Shown here: piece by piece, positions 1-12,075 of the stretch
How the letters are laid out: every line of letters begins with the position of its first letter
Numbering within the stretch: position 1 is the stretch's first letter
Source of the DNA: Vicugna vicugna
Taxonomy: Eukaryota
Assembly (NCBI GenBank): GCA_013265495.1
Contig: MU058824.1
Location: 3,189,111 to 3,253,110, forward strand
DNA: 64,000 nucleotides
Direction of reading: 5' to 3'
Program-made: the position numbers and the translations under genes
The notes under the pieces: model-generated
Databases searched by the model: none
Seen by the model: only the letters and a program-made list of their open reading frames with translations
What the model was told of the DNA's origin: nothing

Positions 1-689
1 AACTAACACTGCATGGACATGGAAGGGACATTACAATAGAACAGAGGGACTGGATGACTTCTGCAGTTCCTTCCTTCCATGCAACCTGAGGTCTCTACTA
101 GATCTAAGAAGCAGGCAAGATGATATTTACTGTGCTCTGTCTCAAAATTCAAAGACCCACATCCCCTGGAATAGCTGGAAATCCTGAAGTCACCACAGGA
201 CTGGAAGATACAAAATCTCTGACCACTATGTTGTTTCAGTCTCCAAATGACTGCAGAGTTGTCAGGGATCTCAAGCTCATCCATGATGACATTCCATTTC
301 TTTCAAAGGTCATCAAACTGCTGTGGTTACTTGCGGGGAACTGTTACAAAACCTCTGCCAAATACAATTTAGCTAATTGATTTATATAAATATATATGGC
401 TCTAATTAAAAGAATTAACTTGCATTATATATCTGGACTGTCAGTAGGCACATGTCTTCAGCCAGGGATTCCCCAAAGACCAAATAAATGACATCAACCA
501 AGCCACTGAACCAAGCCAAGCCCTGACTCAGCAAAGCCTGAGCAGGAAAGTTTAAAGTCAAGAAAATGACCTGCTAATGTTTTTAATATTAGCCTCTGGA
601 CTTCTGGGTCAATGGAAGAAAATAAGAGCCCAGGAAATTCCCAAACATTTGAATCTTCTCTACAGTCCCATTGCCAAGAAGTCATCTTG

Positions 690-1060
690 CCTCTAATTGT
701 TCTGTCATTCACTGTTGGACCTATCTTATTGCTAGAAAATTTCTTTACATAAAGCTGAATTCTACCTCTCCAGAGCTTTGGTCCTCCACAGTAGTGCTGC
801 CCTCAGAGCACCGTCCCCTGCCCCACACTATCACACCATTCAGAATAAATCAGCCCTCCTTCTATATATCAGCTTTTCTGGATCTGAATATAGCAATCTT
901 ACCTCCTCTGCCCCAGACCAAACATCCTCATTTCCTTCAACAGCTCTTCATATGACAAGTTCACTTTAGATCACCCTCCTATGGGCACACACCAATTTAG
1001 CAAAATCCCTTAAAGGGCATGAATCTCGAAACAACACATTTCTGGTTGTCTGGAACAAGG
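690..1060 (-). mobile_element. Ancient L3/CR1-like LINE fragment
   Basis: Degenerate motifs (gctagaaaattttctttacataaagctgaatt, catttccttcaacagctcttcatatgac) resemble the reverse complement of the L3/CR1 3' region; judged by eye. Confidence 0.45.
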
Positions 1061-1069
1061 TACCATGAA

Positions 1070-1640
1070 AGGACAAATTCTCTCAAAATATTTTGCAAGT
1101 GGAAAAGAAGACCTAAATATATCAGGGTGATAACTATCTTACAAAGTAAATAGACAAGGATATAAACCCTTCAAAAGGAATACAAGAAGTGACAATAAAT
1201 TTCAGGAAACTATTAACTGCTAATGAGAAATGAAAAATATAGAAGGAGGCAGCAATGGATAGAAGAGGAACTGAAGAGCTAAAAATCACTTATACTAAAT
1301 TGAAATTTGAAAATAAAACTAGATAGAAATTCAAGTGAGACTGTCATACCAAGAATCAGATTGAGGAGATTCAACTTGCAGATAATAGGAGCTAGCGGAG
1401 AAAAGAGAAAAGGAGTGCACAAAATTGTAATCAAAGAAAGAGTTAATGGTACATTTCTTGAGCTGGAAAATATGTTTCAAATATATAGTGCACAAAAAGC
1501 AATTCTCAGATATATGCCTCAAGGAAGACTCCTTACACATCAGCTCAAGTTCTTAAATGTCAAATATTAAAAAATCATCCTTAAAATCTCTTTTAAAAGA
1601 GGAAAAGAATACGATCATTTGAAAAAGAAAAGATTAGGCT
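1070..1640 (+). mobile_element. L1/HAL1-type ORF1 remnant
   Basis: ORF 1307-1570 reads RLRRFNLQIIGASGEK...FLELENMFQI...LKFLNVK, resembling the L1 ORF1p RRM motif RRxNIRIIGVPE; A-rich sense strand. Confidence 0.6.
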
Positions 1641-1859
1641 CATACGTTTTGTAGCATATTATTTAGGTATAGACATAGACTCAGTTCATTATTTCTCTCT
1701 CTGAGGAAGGTAAAAGCTTTACAAGTGAAATTTTTTGGGACTCTGTTCTTGAAAGATATCACTGGGAGTCATTCTGTGATTTTTTTAAAACCTGCTAGTG
1801 AAGGTCTTCTGTTAGGTTTTGTGGGGTTTTTTCTTTCACTATTTCTTTTCTTATTATAC

Positions 1860-1962
1860 TGTCAGCAACTTGAGCATAGAGAACCAGTCTTATCCCTTTT
1901 TATTCTCTTTCAGGACCTGTCACATAGGCTCAATAAATGTTTGTTGAATGACTGGATGAACA
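1860..1962 (+). mobile_element. L2 LINE 3' end
   Basis: cacataggctcaataaatgtttgttgaatgactggatgaa is the characteristic L2 terminus. Confidence 0.75.
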
Positions 1963-2029
1963 AAATTAAAATAAAAGTAGGAATAACATGGAAAATCAGA
2001 ATAACATTCCACTTAATAAAGACAGAGCT

Positions 2030-2163
2030 GGGAGGAGGGTATACCTCAATGGTAGAGTGCATGCCTACTCTGCATGATGTCCTGGGTTCAATCCCCAGTA
2101 CCTCCAATAAGTAAGTAAGTAAATAAATAAATCTAATTACCTCCCCCACCAAAAAAAAAAAAA
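2030..2163 (+). mobile_element. tRNA-derived SINE (camelid Vic-1-like)
   Basis: A box (tacctcaatggtagag), B box (gggttcaatccc), TAAG/TAAA spacer, ctaattacctccccc tail, poly(A); degenerate TSD aaagacagagct/aaaggcaaagat. Confidence 0.92.
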
Positions 2164-2501
2164 GGCAAAGATAATGTGGGTTCTTAAAGATTCACAAAAC
2201 CAATAAACCACTGGTACAAGTTATTATTAACAAAATGAGAAATGAGTAAAGACAAACATTGGGAAAAAAACACTACAGAGTGCTATACATGTTATACACA
2301 AGCAATTTAGCTAAGCTAAGTAATACGGATGGATTTGGTGGATTTTGGAAGGTAAATTAGGGATATATCTTTCTAGAGTCTTCCTGATAAGTCCTTTAAT
2401 TTTCCTGAGCGGGTAGACTCATCGGTAACAAGGTCAGCCTCACAGAATAGTGTCTCCCAAGATCTCCATATCAACCCTTTGGTATGTATGTACATTCTTA
2501 C

Positions 2502-2576
2502 CTGTGAAGGGATTTCGTGGGCATAGTGGAAGAAATACTCTCCATGTAGGGTATTAAAAGGAGAAGACTCTAAGAC
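2502..2576 (-). other. Candidate 75-bp internal exon of the minus-strand gene
   Basis: Minus strand acceptor ttattttcatcctccagtatag| and donor CAG|GTAAGA; splice signals only. Confidence 0.3.
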
Positions 2577-3199
2577 CTATACTGGAGGATGAAAATAAGT
2601 TCTCACCAATAAAACACCCTGGTAGCCTCTGGGGACCCAAGATGTTGGTCTTTCCTGGATGTGCTGAAGATATCATTTATTTAAAAAGAAATCCAATTCA
2701 CCAAACACACACTCACTGAAAAAACACTCAAGTAACTTGCAAGTAACCAAGAATGAGAGATGAGTAAGATGCAGGAAAGGGTCAGCCTTCTTTCTGTTCT
2801 CTATCTGGTGGTAAGAGATGCTTGGCAAGCTGGTTAGTGTATTTGGTTCATTTATCCTATGGTATCCATGAATTACTTTTCTCTTCAGCTACCCTAAGGC
2901 TGATCAACTTCATGAAACTTAAATACTTTAACACCTTTATCCCCCAAAGCAAAGAACCAGAACCAAATAAATAAATAAATAAAGTAAACCTCTACTTGCA
3001 GAAGAAATTTAGAAAGTGATTTTTTTAACAATGTGTTTTAAAAATGCACATAGAACTCGGTGTGTTATTGTGTTTATCAAAGAATTACTTCAAACACTCT
3101 CTCAAAAATTAATAGACAATATTCTTCAACAGAGAAAAATGATGAAAGGCTACCAAGTTCTTCTAATAATGCAAAGATAGCCCTGAATTTAAAATCTGC

Positions 3200-3800
3200 C
3201 CAAGCTTACACTAAAAAAGGACACAAACACCAATCTCACTCATGAAATACAAAATTTCTAAATAAAATCCTAGCCAGAAAATGTTAATAATTCTTGAAGC
3301 TAGGAGATGGGTATTTAAAGTTCATTTTACTATTCTCTATACTTTTGTATACATTTAAGATTCTTCTTAACAAATTTGTTTTTTAATTTAAAAAAAATTA
3401 CCTCCAGCAAAATCCAGCAATAACATATTATAAGATAGCAGTACACTATAATCAAGTTGGATTTATCCTAAGAAAGAAAAGTTCAATTTAAGGAAAACTA
3501 TTAATATATTTTAGCTCATAAATAGAAAAAAATAATAAAGTAGATGATCATAAGATGCTAGAAAATACTTTGTTCTATGTAATCTAATCTTCTTGTTTTG
3601 ATTTTTTTAAAGCAGAAATACTAGGCAATTCAATATTATTTTAGAAAGAAAAATAAAAGCATTCCACTTAAAAAGAAGAAAATAAAATGACAATGTTCAT
3701 TACATTAGAGTCATTGGCTAGTGTGATACAACATGAAAGAGAAATGAGAAATAAATACAGCAAAGGAACTTAAACCACCAGGTCCTACAGGTGGCATGAC
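3200..3800 (+). mobile_element. Old L1 ORF2 (RT region) remnant interrupted by an L1ME-like 3' fragment (~3280-3395)
   Basis: aatctcactcatgaa...ctaaataaaatcctagc...aaatccagcaa...aatcaagttggatttatcc...ttcaatttaaggaaa corresponds to the L1 ORF2 stretch PISLMN..ILNKILA..IQQ..DQVGFIP..FNIRK. Confidence 0.7.
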
Positions 3801-4349
3801 TGCATATGGGCCTCAATTTCAAAGTATCAGAGATAATAAATAATCTGAGCAAAATTATTCAGTTGTGAAGGCTTAGGAAACCTTACAAACAATCACAAGT
3901 ATTGGATTGGACTATAGGTGTAAAAGGACTCTAAACTTGTTCTGAATGGCCCTGAAGTAACAATTTATCTAAGCTCAAGAAGACAAATTTGATTCAATGT
4001 AAACACCTTTTCTCTTTAATTTTTCTTAAGGAAATTTTGAAGCATACACAAAAGTAGACAAAATAGAATCATGAACCTCTGTGCACCCGTGGAGTTAGCT
4101 TTAACATGTATCCATCTTGCCTATCTTAAATTTTCATTATCAGAGCTGTCAGAATGGCACTGGACCACCCAGGTGGAGAGAGAGCTTTTCATCACCAAGG
4201 TGTGCAAGAAATCAGAAGATACCAGCACGTCAGGGATCCTATAAGAGACAGTCGAAATTGGATGAGGATTAGATCAACATGTGCCTTCCCAGCTTGAGAG
4301 CCTATGATTTAGGAGGTGGGATGAAACCAAATTGTGCACTGGTCTGAGC

Positions 4350-4480
4350 CAGATCATAAACAACTTGAAAGCAGGGCTTTTTCTCTTAGTCATCTTTGTA
4401 TCTCCAGTTCCCAATATAAGTAGACATTCAATAAATTCAATAATTGTTTGTTAAATGAATTAATGACAAATGAATGAACA
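4350..4480 (+). mobile_element. L2 3' end
   Basis: catctttgtatctccag...gtagacattcaataaat...ttgttaaatgaattaatg. Confidence 0.65.
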
Positions 4481-4739
4481 CAAAATGCAGTGGTGGAACT
4501 GCTACGTACCAGTAATAAACTATATATTTCTTATAATACCTAATCTCCAGTATTCACAAGGTCCAAGGGTATAAACCAACTTATGACACAAGAAAAAACA
4601 CAAACAAGAAACCACTAATGGATATTGAAAATAAAAGTGACATGACTAGGATTATACTATGTCATTTTGGCAGCCATAGCAAACATCCAGCCTTTTAAAT
4701 AATGAGAGAAATAAATTAACCAAACTAGCAAACTACCAA

Positions 4740-5660
4740 ACAGAAATGTTAAAACTCCCTGACCCTCTTTCTTTGGCTCCTGTGACACCTGCTCCTCATT
4801 TTCCTCCAACCTCTCAGACTACACCTACTCACGTGTTCCCCTTCCCTCTGTCATGTAATTCTAGGTTCTGGTTCTCTGCTCTCTTCTCATCTAAATAAAT
4901 GGTACCTATTATTTCTAAACCAGTGGTTCCCAAACTTTGTGACACATAAGAATCACCTGGGGGGCTTTTAACACTCCCAAGTCATACCCTAGACCAATTA
5001 AATCAAAATGTTTGAGGGTACAAGCCCAACATTGGTCGTTTTTAAAGACCCTCCTTGGCCCCTGACCCAGTGATTCCAAGATACAACAAAGCTTCAGGCT
5101 CACTGCTCTAAACACTCTCCACAGTTGATGTTATTTACTCCCCAAGTTTCAGCTGCTTTGAGAATCAACTGTCTTTTTAGCATCTCTACCAAAATGTCCC
5201 ATAAAGCACTTGAGCCAGTTCTATCTGAAACAGAATTCACTATTTTTCTTTGCTCCACTCCTCAAATCCTTTCCTCCAAGGTAGGACATCTTGAAGGAGA
5301 CTACTGTTTAACTTTGTGACTTCCCAAGTCAAAAGTCATTCTTGAGCTTCCCCACCTGTTTCATGCCCCACAGTGAGCCAGTCACCAAGTGCTATTGACT
5401 TTGCTCTCAATTAATCTCCTTAATCTCTCACCTCTTCTCCTTTCTTGGTGCTACAGCCACTGTTGAAACTTTGATCCTGTCTGAAATACTGTAATAATCT
5501 CCCAGTCAGTCTCCAGGTTTCTAGATTTACCCTCCATGAATCTATCCTCCATACAGCTGCCAAAATGATAGAACATAATTCTAATCATGTCACTTTTATT
5601 TTCACAGTCCTTCAGTGGATCCCTTCCATCTTCAGGATAACGTCTGAGCTCAAGAACTAC
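4740..5660 (+). mobile_element. L2 LINE body fragment interrupted by a MER5-like MITE
   Basis: Pyrimidine-rich L2 motifs (cagtcaccaagt, ctccatacagctgcca, ctaatcatgtcact, cttcagtggatccc). Confidence 0.7.
4921..5105. mobile_element. MER5-like hAT-Charlie MITE
   Basis: Ends cagtggttcccaaact ... cactg; 8-bp TSD ttctaaac (4913-4920) / ctctaaac (5106-5113). Confidence 0.85.
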
Positions 5661-5689
5661 AATAATATTAATAACACAACCACATGAAC

Positions 5690-5885
5690 ATACTACCATT
5701 TATTATGTGCCAGGCACTGTTATTTAATGCTTACTACAATCTTCACTTATAAAAAAGAAACCAAGGCATGAAGAAGTTAAGTAATTTGGCCAAAAGCAAA
5801 TAGCAAGGAAGTGGCAGAACTGGAATTCCAAATCAGATTAGCTTGTTCGTCTCTGGAGCTGGACCCAACCGCCCATCCCACTGCC
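5690..5885 (-). mobile_element. MIR SINE
   Basis: taccatttattatgtgccaggcactgt...gaaaccaaggcatgaagaagttaagtaatttggccaa core. Confidence 0.8.
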
Positions 5886-6355
5886 TCCCTCCTGGCCTTG
5901 GAGCAGCAGTCAAAGCCTTCTGAGATGTGGCCCCTGCCTCCCTGTCTGTCTCACCTCCCTCACACTGTACACTTCATCAGAACTGAAATACCACTGTCCT
6001 CCAGGCAGACTTCTCACACTGTCATATCTTCTGAAGATGCTGTTTCCTCTGTTGAGTCCACATGCCCTGTCACCCACCAAATTCCTACTTGCACTTGAAT
6101 GAGTGGGCACAGCAGTACACTGGATGAGTACAAACACTTCTCTCTCCAGCTTGTTTTCTTGTCTGTAAGAACAATTACAATGATCCCTGACCAGCTATGT
6201 TCCACGGTTGGTTAAAGGTTTACATTCCATTATGTTGTGACAATTCTTTGAACACTCTAAAGTTCTATGCAAATGTGCCCAAGAGAAACCTCTTTTTCTG
6301 AGGTAAAGCTCAGTTGTATGACCAAACCTATCTGAGATAAAAGTTTGAAGTATAT

Positions 6356-6722
6356 CTCAGCCATAAAAAAAGAATGAAGTCCTGATACACTCTACACATG
6401 GATGAACCTTGAACACATTATACAGACTGGAAGAAGCCAGACACAAAAGGCCATGTATTATATGATTCCATTTATATGAAATGCCCAGAATGGGCAAATC
6501 CACAGAGACAGAATATTGATCAGTGGTTGCCAGCGGCTGTCGAAAAGGGAAAAGGAGGATATTCTAATGGATAAGGGGTGTATTTTGGGAGTGATAAATG
6601 TTCTGGAATTAGACAGTGGTGATGGTTGCATAACCTTGTGAATATACAAAAACCCACTGAATTATACACTTTAGAAGAGTGAATTTTATGGTACATGAGT
6701 TATATCTCAATTTTTTTTAAAA
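6356..6722 (+). mobile_element. L1 (L1MB-like) 3' end
   Basis: cagccataaaaaaagaatgaagtcctgatac...atggatgaaccttgaa...gtgaattttatggtacatgagttatatctcaat. Confidence 0.88.
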
Positions 6723-6857
6723 AAGAAGTTTCTCTCTGGCACCCAGCTTCACCCTTCTGTCCCCTTTCCCTTGGTGGTTAAGTGGTACCCCAACTCCCAT
6801 AAGGAATCAATCTTTCCTCTTACCCTTCCCCCCTACTCTTTCTTAGTAAAACCAAGA

Positions 6858-7020
6858 ACACTGGTTTCCTAAAAACATCAGAAGCATCTGGAGGGCTGGT
6901 TAAAACACAAATTCTTGGGGCCCCAGCGTTTCTGATTCAGTAAGTCTAGAGTAGGGCCCAAAAATCTGCATTTGTAACATCCCTCTAGATAAAACCCAGG
7001 GAATCTCAAAAAAGCACTGA
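6858..7020. mobile_element. MER5A-like MITE, degenerate
   Basis: tttctgattcagtaagtctagagtagggcccaaaaatctgcatttgtaaca core. Confidence 0.7.
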
Positions 7021-7407
7021 ACTAAAAGTCAAAAGACCTGGATTCTCTTCCTGACTTTCACTCTAATTAAGCCTGGAATTGCACAAGTCATCAAACCTCT
7101 GGTTATCTCTTTTATCTTAACATTGAACTTCTCTAAGAATCTGCCAGTTCTAAAACTGTATTATCTCATCAGTTCCCTCCTTAAATCCTCCAAGGGCTTC
7201 CCATCCCTAATTTCCAACTTCTGCCCAGATGTCCAACTCAATCTCCTACCACTGCTCTCCTGACAAATTTGGAGAAGGAAGGAAACTAACATATATTTAA
7301 CCTTTAGCATGTCATTTACTCCTCATGACAGCCCGTGTGGTGAGAATCCATAACTCCATTTTGAGGACAAGGAAGCTGTCTTGAAGAGGTTGAAGAACTT
7401 CCTTAAA

Positions 7408-7876
7408 TACTACTCAGCCATAAAAAAGAATAAAATAATGCCATTTGCAGCAACACGGATGCACCTGGAGATTGTTATACAAAGTGAAGTAAGCCAGAAA
7501 GAGAAAGAAAAATACCACATGATATCACTTATATGTGGAATCTTTTTAAAAAAGTTGACAAAGATGAACTTATTTACAAAACAGAAATAGACTCACAGAC
7601 AAAGAAAACAAACTTGTAGTTACCGTGGGGGAAAGGGGATGGGAAGGGATTAATTGGGAGTTTGAGATTTGCAGATACTAACTACTATATATAGAATAAA
7701 TAAACGAGTTTCTATTGTATAGCACAGGGAATTATATCCAATATCTTGTAGTTACCTATAATGAAAAAGGATATGAAAACGAATACATGTATGTACATGT
7801 ATGACTGAAACATTATGCTGTACACCAGAAATTGACACAACATTGTAAACTGACTATAATTCAATAAAAAAAAAAA
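7408..7876 (+). mobile_element. Young 5'-truncated L1 with poly(A) and perfect TSD, inserted in a MIR
   Basis: ORF2 C-terminus YYSAIKKNKIMPFAATRMHLEIVIQSEVSQKEKEKYHMISLICGI, 3'UTR, AATAAA, A-tail; 15-bp TSD aagaacttccttaaa at 7393-7407 and 7877-7891. Confidence 0.95.
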
Positions 7877-8168
7877 AAGAACTTCCTTAAAGTGGCTGAA
7901 GGGACCCAAGGCCTCATCTTCCTTCAATCATGTAGTTCTCTGTTCCAACATTCTCCATCCCTCTAAACAGCCCTAGGTAGCCCCTCCTGTGCATTTGCTC
8001 ATGATCTCCTCACTCCCTGAGCCTTACTCAAATCCTATCTAACCTTCAAAACCCAGCTCCAGCTCCACTACGTCCAGGATGGATTCCCGGCTACCAGTCC
8101 CCCCAGTCGCTGAGTTGTGTTGTGTCTTACTCCTCTATCCAGCCCATGACCTCCTTGTCTATGTTCTT

Positions 8169-8313
8169 TTTCAGGGGGGCAGGAGAGGGAGGTAATTAGG
8201 TTATTTATTTGTTTATTTTTATTATTTTATTTTTAGAGGAGGTACTGGGGATTGAACCCAGGACCTTCGGCATGCTAAGCATGTGCTCTGCCACTTGAGC
8301 TATACCCTCCCCT
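8169..8313 (-). mobile_element. tRNA-derived SINE (Vic-1-like)
   Basis: Reverse-complement A/B boxes (ggggattgaaccc; ccacttgagctataccctcccc); 18-bp TSD ctccttgt[c/t]tatgttctt at 8151-8168 and 8314-8331. Confidence 0.95.
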
Positions 8314-9639
8314 CTCCTTGTTTATGTTCTTGTCTTGTGTTTCCTAACTCCATACGGATTCATGTCTTGTATTTTGCTCCCTAGATTGTAAACTCCTTGA
8401 AAGCAGGAGAAAGGTGTCCTGTTTCCTTACAATCCCTGCAGGGTCCAGCAGAATGCCTTCAGCTCAACTGACATTTGCTGAATTAATAATGGCAGGTAAT
8501 GGATGTCTGAAATGCTATGGTAAGCTCAGAACAGTAGAGCAATAAGCAGCTTTAATTCTAGAAGTTCTAAGCCAAAAGAAAAAGGTATTTGCAAATATTT
8601 TAGGGAAACTCATTTTTATGTTTCTATGTCAATCATTTGATGTTGCCTCGTTTCATTACAGGGATCATAGCTCAGTGAGAGATCATGGGCTCGTGCCTCA
8701 CACCTGCGTTACTTTTCTAAAAGGAATTCAGATTAAGATGATGCTTTATCAGAAAAATGACAGCTCTGAGGAAGTGAGAAAGGCAGGGGGATCGTGTCAG
8801 CAAATTGCCAGACCACCACACCTGTTACATACACAGTCTGCATCAACAGAGTTCTATGGTATGTTGCTTCCTATTTTACCTTCATCCTAAATGATAATAT
8901 TCATTAAATGACAGGTCTGATCATACTAGATATGATTTTTTCCTGGGACATATTAAAATAAATGTACAACTATTTAAAGAAAAATGTTTGTTCACATATC
9001 ACCTAAAACTATCTTGGGTGCCACATGGTACAAAAACAAGCCTTTGGAAAACATGGGTTCAGGGCATGGCCATGCCACTCAAGATTTCATGTCTGCCTAA
9101 CAGGATTAGACATCTCTCAGGAAGGGCACAGCTTCTTATCTAGCTCAGTGCAGATGGCCACTTACGTGGCCCTCTGGGAGCGACAAGGCGGCAGCAGGAA
9201 CAGTCAGCACGAGGGGGGCCCAGGCTGCGCCTTTCTCTTGCTAGTGATCTGAGGGCTCAGGAGCCCAGGCCACCCCAAGCAGGAGACTGTAAACTGGTCA
9301 CACAAGACATCTGCTTTATCTACTTTATGGACAGTGAGCACAGGAGAGAACATGGGGAAAAGCTGACACTAACAATGATGCTATCTGCACGGCCTCTCCT
9401 CACCACGGTTATGCTTGAAGGGGCCCTGTAGGCACCCTCATAGGTGGATGGCAAAATGACATTGCTGAGTTGGCTGTGGCCACTGAGCCTCTTGGCTCCA
9501 CCCTGGGCAGGAACAGAAGCACTGGACAGGGAGACAGGAGACAGTCAGGTTCCTACTTTGCTACCAGCAGGACACATGACCTAAGTCACGAACATTCCCT
9601 CTCTGAGTCTCAATTTCCCTGCTTATAAAGTTACGGGCC

Positions 9640-9790
9640 AAGCATGGATGTACCTTGAAAACACTGTGCCAAGTGAAAGAAGCCAGTCACCGAGGATGAC
9701 ATTTATTACATGGTTCCATCCATAAGAAAGTATAGGAGAGGCAAATCTATGGTGACAGAAAGGAATTAGTGCTTGCTGAGGTTGGCTGAC
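9640..9790 (+). mobile_element. Old L1 3' fragment
   Basis: catggatgtaccttgaaaacactgtgccaagtgaaagaagccagtcac...ggcaaatctat. Confidence 0.75.
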
Positions 9791-10854
9791 TCAGGGAAAG
9801 AGGAATATAGCAAGACAGACAAAACTGATTACCTTCATGAAGCTAACATTCTAGTGGAAACTCTCACTAGACAAGACATGACAAACATAACAAAGGAAAT
9901 TAATTAATAATGTTAAAAACTGCTAAGTGCTAGGGAGAAAAGAGAGAATTAGAGTATCAGTGCCATGAGCTAGAAGTCAGGAGTCAGACTGAAGTTCATT
10001 CACTGTGAGATCTGGTTACAGGCTCTGCCACTCATATCTCCAGGAGGCCACCAAGTCCCTTTCTTTCTTTTCAATTCTCTAAGTCAAATTTCTCATCAAG
10101 CTCTTGGTTGTGACTCACCTGCACGGACATCACCATGGCTCCTGTTTCCCTTTCTTCCTCTCTGACTCAATGCTAGCATCCACACGCATTCAAGAAACAC
10201 TTACTGACCAGCAACAATGTGCCAGGTCGGGGGCTGAAGGGGACACTGAGACAAGCAAGCACAGTTCTCACCCTCAAGAAGTCTGTAATTCACCAGGAGA
10301 ATCAGAGCTATAAACACCTAATTGTAATTCGGAGCAGAATGGAAGTAGCCATCTGCTGGAGAGACACAAGCAAAGTTTGCAAGGGTTTTGCACTGTCCAT
10401 TGCAGTTTTCAAAGCACTCTCATGGTATGGATGATCTCAGGTCACATCCTGATCCCCTCCTTCCGTGCTCTGACTGCAATGCTGGGCTCAAGGCTCTTCT
10501 CCAGTGACCTCTCATGTCAAGTGCACAAGCCTGGACATGACCTGGCACCAATCTCAACTCTCACTAACCATGTACTAACCACACATCTTTAGACAGGTAC
10601 CTTAGCCTCCCTGAACCTGTGGTCTGTGAAGTGGGCCGACTTTACCTACCTCCCAGTAAATTAGATAATATATATGCACGGCACTAAGAAAGTCCTCAAC
10701 AGAGGTAGTTATGATAATGTTGTTGTTAATTTCAGGTTATCCTTTTGTCTATATTGTTACTTATCTGTTTCACTCATGTCTTTTTTGCTCTCCTAACATA
10801 ATTCCTGGACAGTATTTCTCTCCAACTGCCCTCGGTCCTAACTACTGGGCAACA

Positions 10855-11095
10855 CATTACTGAATAAATGAATCAATCAAATGGAATTGGAACAGGAAAG
10901 AGAAAAATGGCACAGATAACTTGGGCTTCTGGTTTGGATGGCTGGAGAGGGTGGTCCTTTTCATCGAAGGAGAAAACACTGGGAGAAGAGCATGTTTGAG
11001 AGGAAAGATAAAGAGTTTGGCTGGGACCAGGTGAATATGAGGTGCTTGAGGAATGAACATTCATGAGTATGTCCATTAGATAGGTGGAGCTGAAA
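10855..11095 (-). mobile_element. L2 fragment
   Basis: tttctggtttggatggctggagagg...ggaaagataaagagtttgg...gtatgtccattagataggtgga typical of antisense L2. Confidence 0.65.
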
Positions 11096-11149
11096 ATAAA
11101 AGGTCAACAGTCAGGTTGAAACCATAAGAACGAATGATTATCCTGAGAG

Positions 11150-11310
11150 AAGCTGCATGTCAAAATCACTGAGATACTTTAAATAACATCAGTGCCCAGG
11201 CTCCATCTACTCAAAGATGCTGATTTAACTGGTCTACGGTGGGGCCTGGGCAGGGTTTGTTAAAGGAGTCCCTGTAATTGTAACATACAGTGAGAGTTAA
11301 GCAACAACAG
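11150..11310. mobile_element. MER5A-like MITE
   Basis: aaaatcactgagatact...gtgcccaggctcc...gatgctgatttaactggtct...ggggcctgggca. Confidence 0.65.
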
Positions 11311-11470
11311 GGTAGGATAAGTTGAGCTAGAAAAGGAATGAACAATCCTGGGTGGCGCTATCATTTCAGGGGCTGAAGACTCAGGGGTGCCATGAAGGAA
11401 ACTGAGCAGAAATAGTCAGAGAAGCCTAAGAGCAATCAGAGGAGCCTAGGGAGAAGAAAGATTCAAAACG

Positions 11471-12075
11471 GGCTGTGTAAACAGTTTGGTGATTTTTCAG
11501 TAAGTTCAACTTAGAATTACCATTAACTCAGCGATTCCACTCCCAGGTATGCACCCAAAAGAGCTGAAAGTAGATGTTCAAACAAAAGCTTATACACAGA
11601 TGTTCATAGCAACACTATGTACAACATCCAAAATATGGAAACAATCTGACAGTTCACCACTGGATGAATCAAGAAACAAACTGTGGTATATCCATACAAT
11701 GGAATATTATTCAGACATGAAAAAGAATAAAATACTGACACATACTACAACATGGATAAGCCTCAAAAACATTATGCTAAGTGAAAGAAGACAGACACAA
11801 AAGGTCACATGTTGTATGATTCCATTTATATGAAATATCCAGAATAGGTAAGTCTGTAGAGACAGAAAACAAATTAGTGGTTGCCAGGGGCTTACGGGAG
11901 GAGGGAATAGGTTATATTTGTTTGATGGGTACAGGGCTTCCTTTTGGGGTGATGAAAATTCTGAAACTAGATAGTAGTAATGGTAGCACAACATTCTGAA
12001 TATACCTAATGCCACTGAATTGTGCACTTAAAAATGACTTTTTTTAAGGTAAATGTTATATTCTATATATTTTGC
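11471..12075 (+). mobile_element. L1 (L1MB-like) ORF2 C-terminus and 3'UTR
   Basis: ORF 11549-11833 HPKELKVDVQTKAYTQMFIATLCT...KLWYIHTMEYYS..KKNKIL is the L1 ORF2 C-terminal signature. Confidence 0.92.

Noticed and set aside
3..380. Overlapping ORFs (93 aa minus, 86 aa plus) as coding exons
   Set aside because: No recognisable domain and no convincing pair of splice sites; lengths are within chance expectation
2030..2105. tRNA gene (likewise at 8169, 37212, 56709, 59388)
   Set aside because: A and B boxes are present, but copies are mutually diverged and have A-rich tails and TSDs, so they are SINEs
7381..7590. Protein-coding ORFs here and at 11549-11833 and 42032-42292
   Set aside because: Recognisable L1 ORF2 or ORF1 fragments of truncated elements, not host genes
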